A DNA stretch of 64,000 nucleotides from Acidimicrobiia bacterium (GTDB lineage Bacteria > Actinomycetota > Acidimicrobiia > Spongiisociales > ZC4RG35), in contig OZ244034.1 of NCBI GenBank assembly GCA_965215185.1, positions 1,184,001 to 1,248,000 on the forward strand, given 5' to 3'. A program made the position numbers and the translations under genes. Below, piece after piece: positions 41,374-51,397 of this stretch. Position 1 is the stretch's first letter. Each line of letters begins with the position of its first letter. The notes beneath the pieces were generated by a model. That model did no database searches and had not been told where the DNA came from. It saw only the letters and a list, made by a program, of their open reading frames with translations.

Positions 41374-42131
41374 GAGCCGCGCCCCTCCGGGCGCTGGCGG
41401 GCGGCGCCCTGATGGCCCGCTTTTTCGGAACCTCGCCTCCCAGGGTCTTGGCCCTCCACGGCTGGGGAAGGGACGGCGCCGACTTTGGCGAGGCTCTTCA
41501 GGATGTGGCGGCGATCGCCCCCGACCTACCCGGCTTCGGGTACTCCCCTCCACCCACCCGTGTGTGGGGCGCAGACGACTACGCCCGCCAGCTTGTGCCG
41601 ATCCTGGAACAGATGCAGACGCCGGCGGTGGTGGTCGGACACTCCTTCGGAGGTCGGGTGGCGGTGTGCCTGGCCACTCAGCGCCCCGACCTGGTGGGCG
41701 GACTGATCCTGTCGGGTGCGCCGTTGATAACGACCCCACGCCGGACCCGACCGCGCCTCTCCTACCGGCTGATCCGGTGGGGGCATCGTTGCGGGCTGGT
41801 ATCGGACGAGCGTCTGGAAGGAATGCGCCGCCGACATGGGTCGAGCGACTACCAGACCGCTCGTGGAGTGATGCGGGATGTGCTGGTCAAGGTCGTGAAT
41901 GAATCCTACGAGCAACAACTCGATACCCTGGCGCTTCCGGTTGATCTGATTTGGGGAGCCGAAGACCGCGAAGTTCCGCTGGCAAGTGCGCGATCCGCCC
42001 TCCGGCGCTTGGAGGAAACCGACTGTCAAGTCCGTCTTGAGACGATTCCGCAAGTTGGCCACAATCTGCCCCTCAGCCGACCGGAAGTTTTGGTAGATGC
42101 CATCCGGCGAATGTTGCAAGAGGTGGCCTGA
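41370..42131 (+). CDS. Alpha/beta-fold hydrolase
   Basis: LHGWG, DLPGFG, GHSFG nucleophile, WGAED, VGH; GTGA overlap with fabI. Confidence 0.9.
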   Translation: MRAAPLRALAGGALMARFFGTSPPRVLALHGWGRDGADFGEALQDVAAIAPDLPGFGYSPPPTRVWGADDYARQLVPILEQMQTPAVVVGHSFGGRVAVCLATQRPDLVGGLILSGAPLITTPRRTRPRLSYRLIRWGHRCGLVSDERLEGMRRRHGSSDYQTARGVMRDVLVKVVNESYEQQLDTLALPVDLIWGAEDREVPLASARSALRRLEETDCQVRLETIPQVGHNLPLSRPEVLVDAIRRMLQEVA

Positions 42132-43651
42132 TGAGTATTTGGGGGTGGTCGATAATCGTCGCCTGCGGCCTGGCTGCCATCCCGGCCGGGTTGCCGTGGC
42201 TACGGATCGCTCAGCGGGAGCATTATCTTCCGCTTTCCGTTACCCGCTTTTCGTTGCGTTGGGGGAGGGCGAGGGCCGCCAATTTGGGACTGGGAACCTT
42301 GGCGGCGGCGGCCGCCGCCGGAGAGTGGTTTTGGGTGGGACCCGGGTTGCTTACCGCCGCCATCAAAGCTGTGGGGCCGATCGGGCTCGGAATGCGGGGA
42401 TCAACCAGCCCCCTCATCTGGACCAAACGCTTGATCCGGATGGCGGTCACCACTTCCGTGCTGATGGGCGGAGCCCTGGTCCTGGCGGCGATCACCGGCC
42501 AAACGGTTATAGCGGCGGGGTCCCTGATGATCATTCCGATGCTGGTGGACCTTGCTCTGGCAATCAACTCTCCTCTCGAAAGAGCCCTGGGCGAAAAGTG
42601 GGTGAAAAAGGCCGCCCGGCGGCTTGCCGAGGTGTCCCCCCGGGTGGTAGCTATCACCGGATCCTATGGAAAGACCTCTACCAAGCTCTACCTGGCCCAC
42701 CTGTTGGCGGGAAGCCGGCGAGTGGTGGCCAGTCCGGCCAGTTTCAACAACCGAATGGGCCTGGCCCGGGCCATCAACGAGCGGCTCACCCCCGGCGCCG
42801 AGGTCTTTGTGGCGGAGATGGGAACCTACGGACCGGGTGAGATAGCCGAACTGTGCAGTTGGATCCCCCCTGACGTAGCGGTAATAACCGCCATCGGCCC
42901 GGTTCACTTGGAACGCATGAGGACCGAAGAGCGGATCATTGCCTGCAAAAGCGAGATACTCACCGACAGCGCAACCGCCGTGATCGGAGTCGACCACCCG
43001 GGACTTTCCAGGTTGGCTGAGACCGAGGAGCAGGCCGGACGGAAGGTGAAGCGGTGCTCCGGCCAGGGGGCGCCCTGTGAGGTGGGGGTGAACCCCCGAA
43101 GCGGCGAGGTGACCGTGGAAGGCAAGCTGATTGGGAAGGTGGATCTGCAATTTCACCACCCTTTGAATGTAGCCGCAGCTCTGGGTGCGGTCATCGCACT
43201 GGGGATAGACGCGAATGAGGTGGCCGACCGTTTGGACTCTCTTCCCTTCCCCAACCACCGATTGGCAACCATCGTGAACGAACGGGGGGTGACCATTTTG
43301 GACGACACCTTCAATGCCAATCCAGCGGGCGCCCGGGCGGCACTGCAGCGCCTGGCCCAGCACTCTTCCCCGGGTGGCAAGAAAGTCGTAGTCACCCCCG
43401 GGCTGGTGGAGATGGGCCCGCGTCGCCGTCTCGAAAACCGGGCATTGGGGGAAGCGGCGGCCGAGGCCGCCACCCATCTGCTGGTGGTGGGGCGGACCAA
43501 CCGACAGGCTCTGCTGGAAGGTACCAAAGGAAAGAATGCCCACGTGTTAGTGTTGGAAAACCGGCAACAGGCGGTTCGCTGGGCGCGTGCCAATCTCGAC
43601 CGGGGCGACACGATCCTCTATGAAAACGACCTCCCCGACCATTATCCATAG
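42131..43651 (+). CDS. murF: MurF-like ligase with N-terminal membrane segments
   Basis: AITGSYGKTSTK, SFNN, AEMG, GPVHLE, DDTFNANP, ENDLPDHY. Confidence 0.82.
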   Translation: MSIWGWSIIVACGLAAIPAGLPWLRIAQREHYLPLSVTRFSLRWGRARAANLGLGTLAAAAAAGEWFWVGPGLLTAAIKAVGPIGLGMRGSTSPLIWTKRLIRMAVTTSVLMGGALVLAAITGQTVIAAGSLMIIPMLVDLALAINSPLERALGEKWVKKAARRLAEVSPRVVAITGSYGKTSTKLYLAHLLAGSRRVVASPASFNNRMGLARAINERLTPGAEVFVAEMGTYGPGEIAELCSWIPPDVAVITAIGPVHLERMRTEERIIACKSEILTDSATAVIGVDHPGLSRLAETEEQAGRKVKRCSGQGAPCEVGVNPRSGEVTVEGKLIGKVDLQFHHPLNVAAALGAVIALGIDANEVADRLDSLPFPNHRLATIVNERGVTILDDTFNANPAGARAALQRLAQHSSPGGKKVVVTPGLVEMGPRRRLENRALGEAAAEAATHLLVVGRTNRQALLEGTKGKNAHVLVLENRQQAVRWARANLDRGDTILYENDLPDHYP

Positions 43652-43678
43652 CCTGGGCGCTCTTTCGAAAGGCGTCGC

Positions 43679-44749
43679 ATGACCAGAATTGCCACGGTTT
43701 TCGGAGGGCCCTCCCCCGAGCACGATGTCAGCGTCTCAACCGGACTGCAAGCTGCCCGAGTGCTTCCAGAATCGGATTGTCTGTACTGGTCGCTAACCGG
43801 CGAGTGGTACCTCACACCGCCCAACCAGGAACTCTCCGACTTCGCCGACGGGGTTCCCCGAAAGTCCCGACGCCTCGATTTGCTGGTGGGCCCGGGAGGG
43901 GGTTATCGGATGGGACGCAAGCGGCTCATTTACGACGTGCTGGTCAATTGCTTCCACGGGGGGCCGGGTGAAGACGGAACAGTGCAGGGAATGTGGGACA
44001 TGGCCGGTATTTGCTACACCGGACCCGGGCAAGGCGCATCCAGTCTGGGTATGGACAAATTGATCTTCTCGGCGGCGATCCGCGCCGGGGGAATGCCCAC
44101 ATTGGAACGGATGCTCATTACTTCTCACTTTGCTCCCGACTTCGGTCCTCCCTACATAGTCAAGCCCCGCAGCGGTGGGTCGTCGATCGGCATTGCCGTA
44201 GTCGATGATTACCAAACTGCCTTGGCCCTTTCCCGGTCCTCCCCCCATCTGATGGATGGAGCGGTCATCGAGCCCTTTCTGGAGGGCGCCAGAGATCTCC
44301 AGATCGCGGTGCGCCGCTATCCCGAGGTCGAGTTGTCGGTGATTGAAGAGCCCAACCGTTCAGACAGCAAGGAGATCCTCAGCTACCGCGAAAAGTACCT
44401 GGCCTGGGGAGATTCGCAAACGGAAGTCCGTCGCCTCCCCGCCGAACTTCCCCGCCTTTTGGAGACGCAAGTCCGCACCCAGGCGGTGGCGGTGGCGGAA
44501 CTGGTGGGAATACGGGGCATCTCCAGAGTGGACTTCCTGGTCCATGAGGGCAACATCTATGTCAACGAGATCAACACCCTTCCCGGAAGTTTGGCCTCAT
44601 ATCTATGGATAGACCCTCCCCGTAGCAGGGAGCAGTTGCTGAGGGATATGATCTGCGAAGCCTTGGCCAACCCGCGGATACTGAACACCGCCGGGGCGGA
44701 CGGTACAGCCCTTCGGGGCGGTGGAGCCATCGCCGCCAAACTGGCCTAG
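43679..44749 (+). CDS. ddl: D-alanine--D-alanine ligase family protein
   Basis: FGGPSPEHDVS, HGGPGEDG, MDK, GSSIGI, YREKY, RVDF, NEINTLPG. Confidence 0.87.
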   Translation: MTRIATVFGGPSPEHDVSVSTGLQAARVLPESDCLYWSLTGEWYLTPPNQELSDFADGVPRKSRRLDLLVGPGGGYRMGRKRLIYDVLVNCFHGGPGEDGTVQGMWDMAGICYTGPGQGASSLGMDKLIFSAAIRAGGMPTLERMLITSHFAPDFGPPYIVKPRSGGSSIGIAVVDDYQTALALSRSSPHLMDGAVIEPFLEGARDLQIAVRRYPEVELSVIEEPNRSDSKEILSYREKYLAWGDSQTEVRRLPAELPRLLETQVRTQAVAVAELVGIRGISRVDFLVHEGNIYVNEINTLPGSLASYLWIDPPRSREQLLRDMICEALANPRILNTAGADGTALRGGGAIAAKLA

Positions 44750-44979
44750 TTGTTTTCCCGAAACAGAGGGTGTTGAGAACGGGGAGAGCCACATTGGGGT
44801 TGCCTGCGATTAGTCCCAAACCGAAGGGAAAGGGGCTCAGAGGAGGAGAACATTTCTTCGCCGCAGGGTTGGCTCGGCTGACGCCATCTCTCCATCCTCC
44901 AATTTCAGTACCTGACCGGTAACAAGGCACAACTATCTGTTCTGCCCAGCCCTATTCGCCGCAACTGCGATTCGCCCTT

Positions 44980-45016
44980 AAAACGGGGCGACCCCGGTGA
45001 AAGCCCGGGGTCGCCC
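44980..45016 (-). terminator. Intrinsic terminator downstream of amt
   Basis: GGGCGACCCCGG/CCGGGGTCGCCC 12-bp stem followed by CGTTTT on the minus strand. Confidence 0.78.
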
Positions 45017-45044
45017 TTCCAGTAAGACGGATTGACGGGTGCGG

Positions 45045-46454
45045 TCAGTCCTCCTCGCCAAATTCTTCGGGAACCAGCAGGAACTCGGGATAAGACTCGA
45101 TCCCCAATTCCCCGGCGTCCTGGCCAAGTCTTTCGATGTCGGGCTCCACCCGCAGGCCCATCGCCCGGTCCAGAATCTTCCAGACTGCAAACGATACGAC
45201 GAACACGAAGATCCCCACGGAGACCACGCCCAGCAACTGGACTCCAAACGGGGCCCCTCCGCTGATTCCGACCACCAGAGTTCCCCAGATGCCGCACATC
45301 AAGTGGGCGGGGATGGCGCCGACTACATCGTCCAGTTTGAGGTATTCAAGTAATCTGATTCCGGCGGTACAGATCAAACCGCCGACCGCACCAATGAGGA
45401 TCGACCACTCGTGATCCACCAGGTCCGGCCCGGCGGTGATGGCCACCAGCCCGGCGATTGCTCCGTTCAGACCGGCGAAGAGGTCAACGCGTCCCAACAG
45501 AGGCCTGGAGACGAGAAGGGCGGTCATGACCCCGGCCGCAGCAGCCAAGTTGGTGTTCACCAACACGTTGCTCATTGCCACTGCGTCAAAAGCGCTTCCC
45601 AGAGCGAGTTGGGAACCGCCGTTGAATCCGAACCAACCCATCCACAGTACGAATACTCCCAAGGTAACCAACAAGACATTGGAGGGTGGCGTGCTCTTGA
45701 TGCTGCCGTCTTTTCGGAACTTGCCGAGACGGGGGCCTATTACCAAAATCCCTGCCAAGGCGGCCCATCCACCTGTCCCGTGCACAATGGTGGAACCGGC
45801 AAAGTCCGAAAACCCCAGTTCGGCGAGCCAGCCGCCGCCCCAGGTCCATGCGCCCACGATCGGATAGATGACCGCGGTCAGTATCAATGTAAAGGCGAAG
45901 AAGGACCACATCTTGATCCGTTCGGCGATGGCGCCGGAAACAATTGAGGCTGCGGTCGCCACGAACACCATCTGGAAGAACCAGTCCGACATGACGGAAT
46001 ATCCGTTTGCAACCACTTCCGCCACTGCATCTGTTGCGCCCTCCAAGAGGGCGATCTCACTGGCGGATGATTTGTAAAACAGTTGGAAGGATCCGATCAC
46101 ACTTCCCACATCGACGTACATCAGGTTGTATCCGATGGCGAAGTAGGCGAGACCGGCGATCGAGTAAATGCCGATGTTCTTCAAACAGATCATGGAGGAG
46201 TTCTTACTGCGCACGGCCCCGGCCTCCAGCATTGTGAACCCAGCGGACATCCACATCACCAAGGCTCCCCACATCAGGAAGGCGAAGGTGTTGAATATGA
46301 AGGCCGTTTCCGCGCTTACTCCCACCAACTCCTGAGCGTTGACTAGACCGGGTCGCAGCAGAATAAACCCGAATACCAGAAGAGCAATGGCAGCCATGAT
46401 GGCATATGGTCGCCTACTCACAAGCCCTATCGATTTGCTGTGAACAAGATTCAT
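45045..46454 (-). CDS. amt: Ammonium transporter
   Basis: FFQMVF, SGAIAER, WGGGWL, DFAGSTIVH, GWFGFNGGS, DDVVGAIPAH. Confidence 0.95.
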   Translation of the reverse strand: MNLVHSKSIGLVSRRPYAIMAAIALLVFGFILLRPGLVNAQELVGVSAETAFIFNTFAFLMWGALVMWMSAGFTMLEAGAVRSKNSSMICLKNIGIYSIAGLAYFAIGYNLMYVDVGSVIGSFQLFYKSSASEIALLEGATDAVAEVVANGYSVMSDWFFQMVFVATAASIVSGAIAERIKMWSFFAFTLILTAVIYPIVGAWTWGGGWLAELGFSDFAGSTIVHGTGGWAALAGILVIGPRLGKFRKDGSIKSTPPSNVLLVTLGVFVLWMGWFGFNGGSQLALGSAFDAVAMSNVLVNTNLAAAAGVMTALLVSRPLLGRVDLFAGLNGAIAGLVAITAGPDLVDHEWSILIGAVGGLICTAGIRLLEYLKLDDVVGAIPAHLMCGIWGTLVVGISGGAPFGVQLLGVVSVGIFVFVVSFAVWKILDRAMGLRVEPDIERLGQDAGELGIESYPEFLLVPEEFGEED

Positions 46455-46656
46455 GGATGTTCCCCCTATTTACCGATTCGCACCCTTTGCAAGGCCCGCT
46501 TTCAGGTACAGAGGGTAACACTTTTGCTAAGAATGGGCGGTAAAACGCGGACCATTTTGAAGACAGCTAAAGTCCAGTTGACTGCCTTGCTATTGCTCTG
46601 CCGCTCCCTAACCGCCCGTAGATGCGAGCTACCCCAAGCCTCCCGCGGTTACACTG

Positions 46657-47484
46657 TTGACAATGAGTCGCATAGGCAATTCCATAGCGTTGGCTAAGGC
46701 ATCTTGGGAGGTGCTTAAGGCCGACAAAGAACTGATGTTGCTCCCAGTCATCTCAATGGTCACCACGGCTGTCACCCTCGCCTTGTTCTTTATCCCGGTG
46801 GTGATAAACGGGTTCAGTGGCATCAGTTTTTTGCTACTGGTGGTGATGTATTTTGTTCTAGCCTACATAACCATATTTTTCAATGCCGCATTGATCAGCG
46901 CCGCGCACGAACGCCTGACGGGAGGAGACCCCACCGTGGGAAGCGCGTTGCGAGGCGCCGCATCACGGGCGGGTCGGATTCTGCCCTGGGCTCTGATTTC
47001 GGCCCTGGTTTCGGCAATTCTGAAGACCATAGAGGAGCGCGCCGGTCTCCTGGGCAGTTTCGTGATCAGATTGGTGGGAATGGCGTGGAGCGTTGTCACC
47101 TTCCTGGTGCTACCACTCATCGTAATTGAGGGGACAGGCGCGATAGACGCAGTCAAGGGCTCTGTCGCCCTCTTCCGCAGGACCTGGGGAGAGAATCTCG
47201 GCGCCCACGTGGGCTTGAGCCTGGTCGGTTTCCTCGCCTCACTACCAGGCGTGGGGCTGATCATCATAGGTGTAGTGTTGCAGGGAGGAGCGGCAACCGG
47301 CGCCGCGATGGGCTTAGGCGCTTTGTGGATGCTCCTGGTAGTCGTTGTTATGTCCGCGCTTTCGGGGATCTTCCAGACTGCCCTATATCATTTCGCTGTG
47401 GACGGACACGCCCCCTCAGGGTATTTCGATAATCAGATCATGGCCAAGGCTTTCGCTCCCCGGCGTCGCCGCTTCAGGAGGTAA
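46657..47484 (+). CDS. Conserved membrane protein (DUF6159-like)
   Basis: SWEVLKADKEL, FFNAALI, LFRRTWGE, FQTALY pattern. Confidence 0.7.
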   Translation: MTMSRIGNSIALAKASWEVLKADKELMLLPVISMVTTAVTLALFFIPVVINGFSGISFLLLVVMYFVLAYITIFFNAALISAAHERLTGGDPTVGSALRGAASRAGRILPWALISALVSAILKTIEERAGLLGSFVIRLVGMAWSVVTFLVLPLIVIEGTGAIDAVKGSVALFRRTWGENLGAHVGLSLVGFLASLPGVGLIIIGVVLQGGAATGAAMGLGALWMLLVVVVMSALSGIFQTALYHFAVDGHAPSGYFDNQIMAKAFAPRRRRFRR

Positions 47485-47490
47485 ACCGAC

Positions 47491-48108
47491 TTAGCTGCCC
47501 GGCTGGCTTTGGGCGACAGCCAGTCCCCGGGGTGAACGGTAGCCAGTCCCGGTGGCAACCAACCGCCAGTGACGATTGGTTGCTTTGTTAATCCCCACCC
47601 GAGGGGTCCTCGTCACTACCAGGGCGCCCATCCCGCTCTCCTCGAGCCACACCCCCCGCCCCCCAGACAACTGCAGTCCGTCATGGCACCCGTCCATTCC
47701 CAAAGCCTGGGTGAGCTTTCCCGGCCCGTCGCACAGGTGGTCTTCCCGGCCGCGGCGGGAAATCATGGTTTCCACTCCCCATTCCGGGAGCCCGCCCCGC
47801 AGCAGCACCGCTCGACCCTCCCCCTCGAGGCCCGCGACCACATTGGCGCACCAGTGGATTCCATAAGACCGGTAGACGTACAGCATTCCCGCCCTGGCGA
47901 ACATGGTGCGGTTGCGTCGCCCGGGACCCGAGAAGGCGTGGCTGGCCGGATCATCAGCCCCACCGTAGGCTTCCACCTCGCAAATCACCACCGAAGTAGT
48001 AACCCCCTCAATCTGGGTCACCAGCCTCTTACCCAATAGACGAGCAGCCACTTCCAGCACCGGACCAGTAAAGAAGCTCCGGCACAGCGGGCGGGGCGAA
48101 TCTTTCAA
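47491..48108 (-). CDS. mpg: DNA-3-methyladenine glycosylase
   Basis: VAARLLG, EVEAY, DPASH, YVYRSYGIHWCAN, GPGKL, RVGI; TTGA overlap with argF stop. Confidence 0.92.
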   Translation of the reverse strand: MKDSPRPLCRSFFTGPVLEVAARLLGKRLVTQIEGVTTSVVICEVEAYGGADDPASHAFSGPGRRNRTMFARAGMLYVYRSYGIHWCANVVAGLEGEGRAVLLRGGLPEWGVETMISRRGREDHLCDGPGKLTQALGMDGCHDGLQLSGGRGVWLEESGMGALVVTRTPRVGINKATNRHWRLVATGTGYRSPRGLAVAQSQPGS

Positions 48109-48995
48109 GTCAAAAGGTGTAGAAGTAGGGCTCCGAAAGAGTGGAGGCGGTTCTCTGCTTGGTCGAACACCACCGAACGGGGCGACTCCAACACTTCGGC
48201 CGTTACTTCTTCGCCACGGTGGGCGGGGAGGCAATGCAGGAACACCGCCTCCGGGTCAGCCTTCTCCATTAACGCCGAGTCCACCGTGAATCCTTTGAAA
48301 GCCAGGTCGCGTTCGGCAGTCTCCTTTTCTTGTCCCATCGAGGTCCATACGTCTGTGTATACGGCGTGGGCGCCTTCCACCGCCGGGATCGGATGGTCGA
48401 ATACCGAGACTTTTCCCCACTCTCGCGCCTGTGCCAACACTTGCCCGTCCGGTCGGTACCCCCGAGGACACCCCACCCGCACCTCCATGCCCGCCATGGT
48501 CCCGGCCAACATCAGCGAATGACAGACGTTGTTGCCGTCACCCAGGTAGGCAAGGACTGTTCCGGGAAGACGGCGCCGCTCGGAGATGGTCATCAGATCG
48601 GCCACCGCCTGACAGGGGTGTTCCCAATCCGACAGCAAGTTGATCACCGGCGCCTTCATCAGGCCCGACATCTCCTCCAGGAGTGAATGCTCGAAAACCC
48701 GCATGCCAAGAGCATCCAGGTAGCGGTCGAGTACCCGAGCCACATCGGCCGGGTCTTCCCTTTGGCCCACCCCGGACACTTCCTGATGGATAGCGATCGG
48801 GTGAGCCCCCAAAAGGGCAGTGGCAGCCGTGGAAGATACCCAGGTTCGCAAGGAGGGTTTCTCAAAAAACAGCCCCACCGTCTTCCCGGAGAGAGCGCTT
48901 TGGTACCGTTCGGGGCTTCGTTTGAAGTCCATGCTCGCCTCCAACAGCCTCCCCAGGCCCTCGGCGCCGACATCAGCCACGGATAGAAAGCTCAC
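48105..48995 (-). CDS. argF: Ornithine carbamoyltransferase
   Basis: FEKPSLRT, HPCQ, GDGNNV, TDVWTSMG, HCLP, QAENR. Confidence 0.95.
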   Translation of the reverse strand: MSFLSVADVGAEGLGRLLEASMDFKRSPERYQSALSGKTVGLFFEKPSLRTWVSSTAATALLGAHPIAIHQEVSGVGQREDPADVARVLDRYLDALGMRVFEHSLLEEMSGLMKAPVINLLSDWEHPCQAVADLMTISERRRLPGTVLAYLGDGNNVCHSLMLAGTMAGMEVRVGCPRGYRPDGQVLAQAREWGKVSVFDHPIPAVEGAHAVYTDVWTSMGQEKETAERDLAFKGFTVDSALMEKADPEAVFLHCLPAHRGEEVTAEVLESPRSVVFDQAENRLHSFGALLLHLLT

Positions 48996-51397
48996 AGCTC
49001 ACCTCGCAAGTCCGCCCCCAAACGCCGAGCCGCCTCGGCCATGGAGCGCAGAGCCGCCCCGGTCTCCTCACTGGAGAGGGTGCGATCGGGGGCCCTAAGG
49101 GTGTAGTTGATCGCCAAGCTCTTGCGACCCTCTCCCAACGGTTCGCCCCGAAACTCGTCGAACACTTGAGCAGACTCCAGCAAGTCGCTGGCCGCCTCTG
49201 CGGTGGCGGCCAGTATTTCGTCGGCTGCCAACTCTTCGGGCGCCTCGAAAGCCATGTCGAAGGTGTAAGGCGGAAAAACGCTGGGCGCCCGAAACTGCCA
49301 ATGCTCTCGGTCGGCGACCAGAGGATCGAGTTCCAACTCCATGGCGATGACCCGTCCCGAGAGGTCCGCCCGTCGCACCACCGCCGGGTGAACTTCCCCC
49401 ATCATTCCCACCGGTTCTCCTTCCAATAACAGCCGCGCCGTCCGGGTAGGATGCCACCCCGGCGCCTCTACCGGCTCAAGACGCCAGTGCCCCAGTCCCA
49501 GATGATTGGCGACCCTTCGCCACACCGCGGAGACCGTGTAAAAGTCCACCGGGCGGCGGGACATCCCCAGACCCGAACCTCCAATGTGACCCGCCGCCAG
49601 CAGGCCTACGCGTTCGGGCTGATCGGGAACTTTGGGAAGAACAGGATGGGGCCGATCAAAAAATACTCGGCCTAATTCGAAAATGGCCGAATCGTCCAGC
49701 CCATGGGAGTGGTTGTAACGGGCTACCCGCAAGAGGCCCGGCAACAGTGTGGTCCGCAGAATGGACTCTTCCTCTCGGAGGGGGTTTTTAAGATGAATCT
49801 GCCGCGCCCGTTCGTCCTCTTCATCCCAACCCCAAATCTCCATCTCCGAAGAACGCATGAAACTGAGGGTCACCGACTCGGAGAATCCCAGCCCGCAGAG
49901 AGTCTGACGCAGCTGGCGGGTGCGGCGCTGCCGGATCGAGCGTCTCCCGCCCGGACCGCGGGGTACCCGTTCCGGAAAGTTGTTGTATCCCCATAACCTG
50001 GCCAGCTCCTCCACCAGGTCGATGGGGCGAGTCAGGTCGGGTCGGAAGGTAGGAACCTCCACCGTGATGGGGTCCTCACCCTCCACCGCCAAATGTAGTC
50101 TTGACAACAGATCGACCACCCGGGGAGTATCGAAACCTGGACCCAGGATGCGTTCGGCCTCTCTGAGTTCGAAGCTGATCGTGACCGGATGCAGGCGGTC
50201 TTCCCGCGCTATTACATCGGTCACCTGAGCCAGCGCCTCTCCCCCGGCCAGGTGGGTTACCAACTGGGCGGCTCGAGCCGCCGCTACCGGCGGTAGGGCG
50301 GGATCCACTCCGCGTTCGAAACGGGCCGAAGCCTCGGTGCGCAGGGCATGCCGCTTGGACATATGCAAGACGGTAGGGGGATCCCAGGATGCTGCTTCGA
50401 TCAGCACCGCAGAAGTGTCGTCGGTCACCTCTGAGGCGCCACCGCCCATTGTGCCCGCTAAGGCCGAAGCTCGATGACGGTCGGCCACTACCAAGTCGGA
50501 ATTGGTCAACACCCGATCCACCCCGTCCAAGGTGATGAGCCTCTCTCCCGGATGCGCTCTTCTCACCACTATGTCCGCCCCTCCCAGTTCGTCGAGATCG
50601 AAGGCATGGATGGGTTGCCCCAATTCCAAGAGGACGTAATTGGTGATGTCCACCACATTGGAGAGGGGACGCTGCCCCGAAGCCCGCAACCGGGTCTGCA
50701 TCCAAAACGGAGAAGGGGAGATTCGACAGCCCCGTACTTCTCGGGCCACAAAGCGGTAACACCCGGTTGGATCTTCGATGGTTATGTCGATCTCGGGGCG
50801 CCCATTTACCTGAGGAAAGTCGAGGTCGGGGAGACGGTAATCGATGCGGAAATAGGCGGCGAGTTCCCTGGCCACCCCCACATACGACATCACATCGGGC
50901 CGATTGGGGGTGATGCTCAGATCCAGCACCGTGTCGGTGAGGGGCTCGAATCCAGCCAGATCCTCACCCAAAGGCACATCGGAGTCCAAAACCAGGATTC
51001 CCTCCGCGTTCTCCCCCAATCCCAACTCTTTTTCCGAACAGATCATCCCATGGGACTCCACACCCCTTATGGACCGGCGTCCGATCTCCATACCGCCGCT
51101 CAGCCTCGACCCGGGAATTGCCCAGGCCACCGTGGCGCCCGCCTCGAAATTCCACGCCCCGCACACCACGGTGATCGGCTCATCTCCGGTTGTCACCCGG
51201 CACACTCTGATCCGGTCGGCCCGGGGGTGGGGTTCGACCTCCAGCACCCGGGCGGTTATAACCCGCGTGAAGTCGGGAGCGATTTGCTCAATCTTCTCCA
51301 CCTCGTGACCGAGCGACTCCAAAACCTGGGCGAGTTCTGCCGGTTGAGAAGACGGAACGTCGAGGTAATCGGCCAGCCAGTTGAATGAGACTCTCAT
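48992..51397 (-). CDS. pheT: Phenylalanine--tRNA ligase beta subunit
   Basis: VVCGA, ITPNRPD, ASARFERG, RPDL..DLVEE, LRTTLLPGL, GRKSLA. Confidence 0.97.
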   Translation of the reverse strand: MRVSFNWLADYLDVPSSQPAELAQVLESLGHEVEKIEQIAPDFTRVITARVLEVEPHPRADRIRVCRVTTGDEPITVVCGAWNFEAGATVAWAIPGSRLSGGMEIGRRSIRGVESHGMICSEKELGLGENAEGILVLDSDVPLGEDLAGFEPLTDTVLDLSITPNRPDVMSYVGVARELAAYFRIDYRLPDLDFPQVNGRPEIDITIEDPTGCYRFVAREVRGCRISPSPFWMQTRLRASGQRPLSNVVDITNYVLLELGQPIHAFDLDELGGADIVVRRAHPGERLITLDGVDRVLTNSDLVVADRHRASALAGTMGGGASEVTDDTSAVLIEAASWDPPTVLHMSKRHALRTEASARFERGVDPALPPVAAARAAQLVTHLAGGEALAQVTDVIAREDRLHPVTISFELREAERILGPGFDTPRVVDLLSRLHLAVEGEDPITVEVPTFRPDLTRPIDLVEELARLWGYNNFPERVPRGPGGRRSIRQRRTRQLRQTLCGLGFSESVTLSFMRSSEMEIWGWDEEDERARQIHLKNPLREEESILRTTLLPGLLRVARYNHSHGLDDSAIFELGRVFFDRPHPVLPKVPDQPERVGLLAAGHIGGSGLGMSRRPVDFYTVSAVWRRVANHLGLGHWRLEPVEAPGWHPTRTARLLLEGEPVGMMGEVHPAVVRRADLSGRVIAMELELDPLVADREHWQFRAPSVFPPYTFDMAFEAPEELAADEILAATAEAASDLLESAQVFDEFRGEPLGEGRKSLAINYTLRAPDRTLSSEETGAALRSMAEAARRLGADLRGEL

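Noticed and set aside
40699-43543. Long minus-strand ORFs (346 aa, 380 aa)
   Set aside because: Antisense to fabI, the hydrolase and murF; composition is typical of shadow frames
46500-46560. GlnR box upstream of amt
   Set aside because: GTAAC half-site present, but I could not find a correctly spaced second half-site
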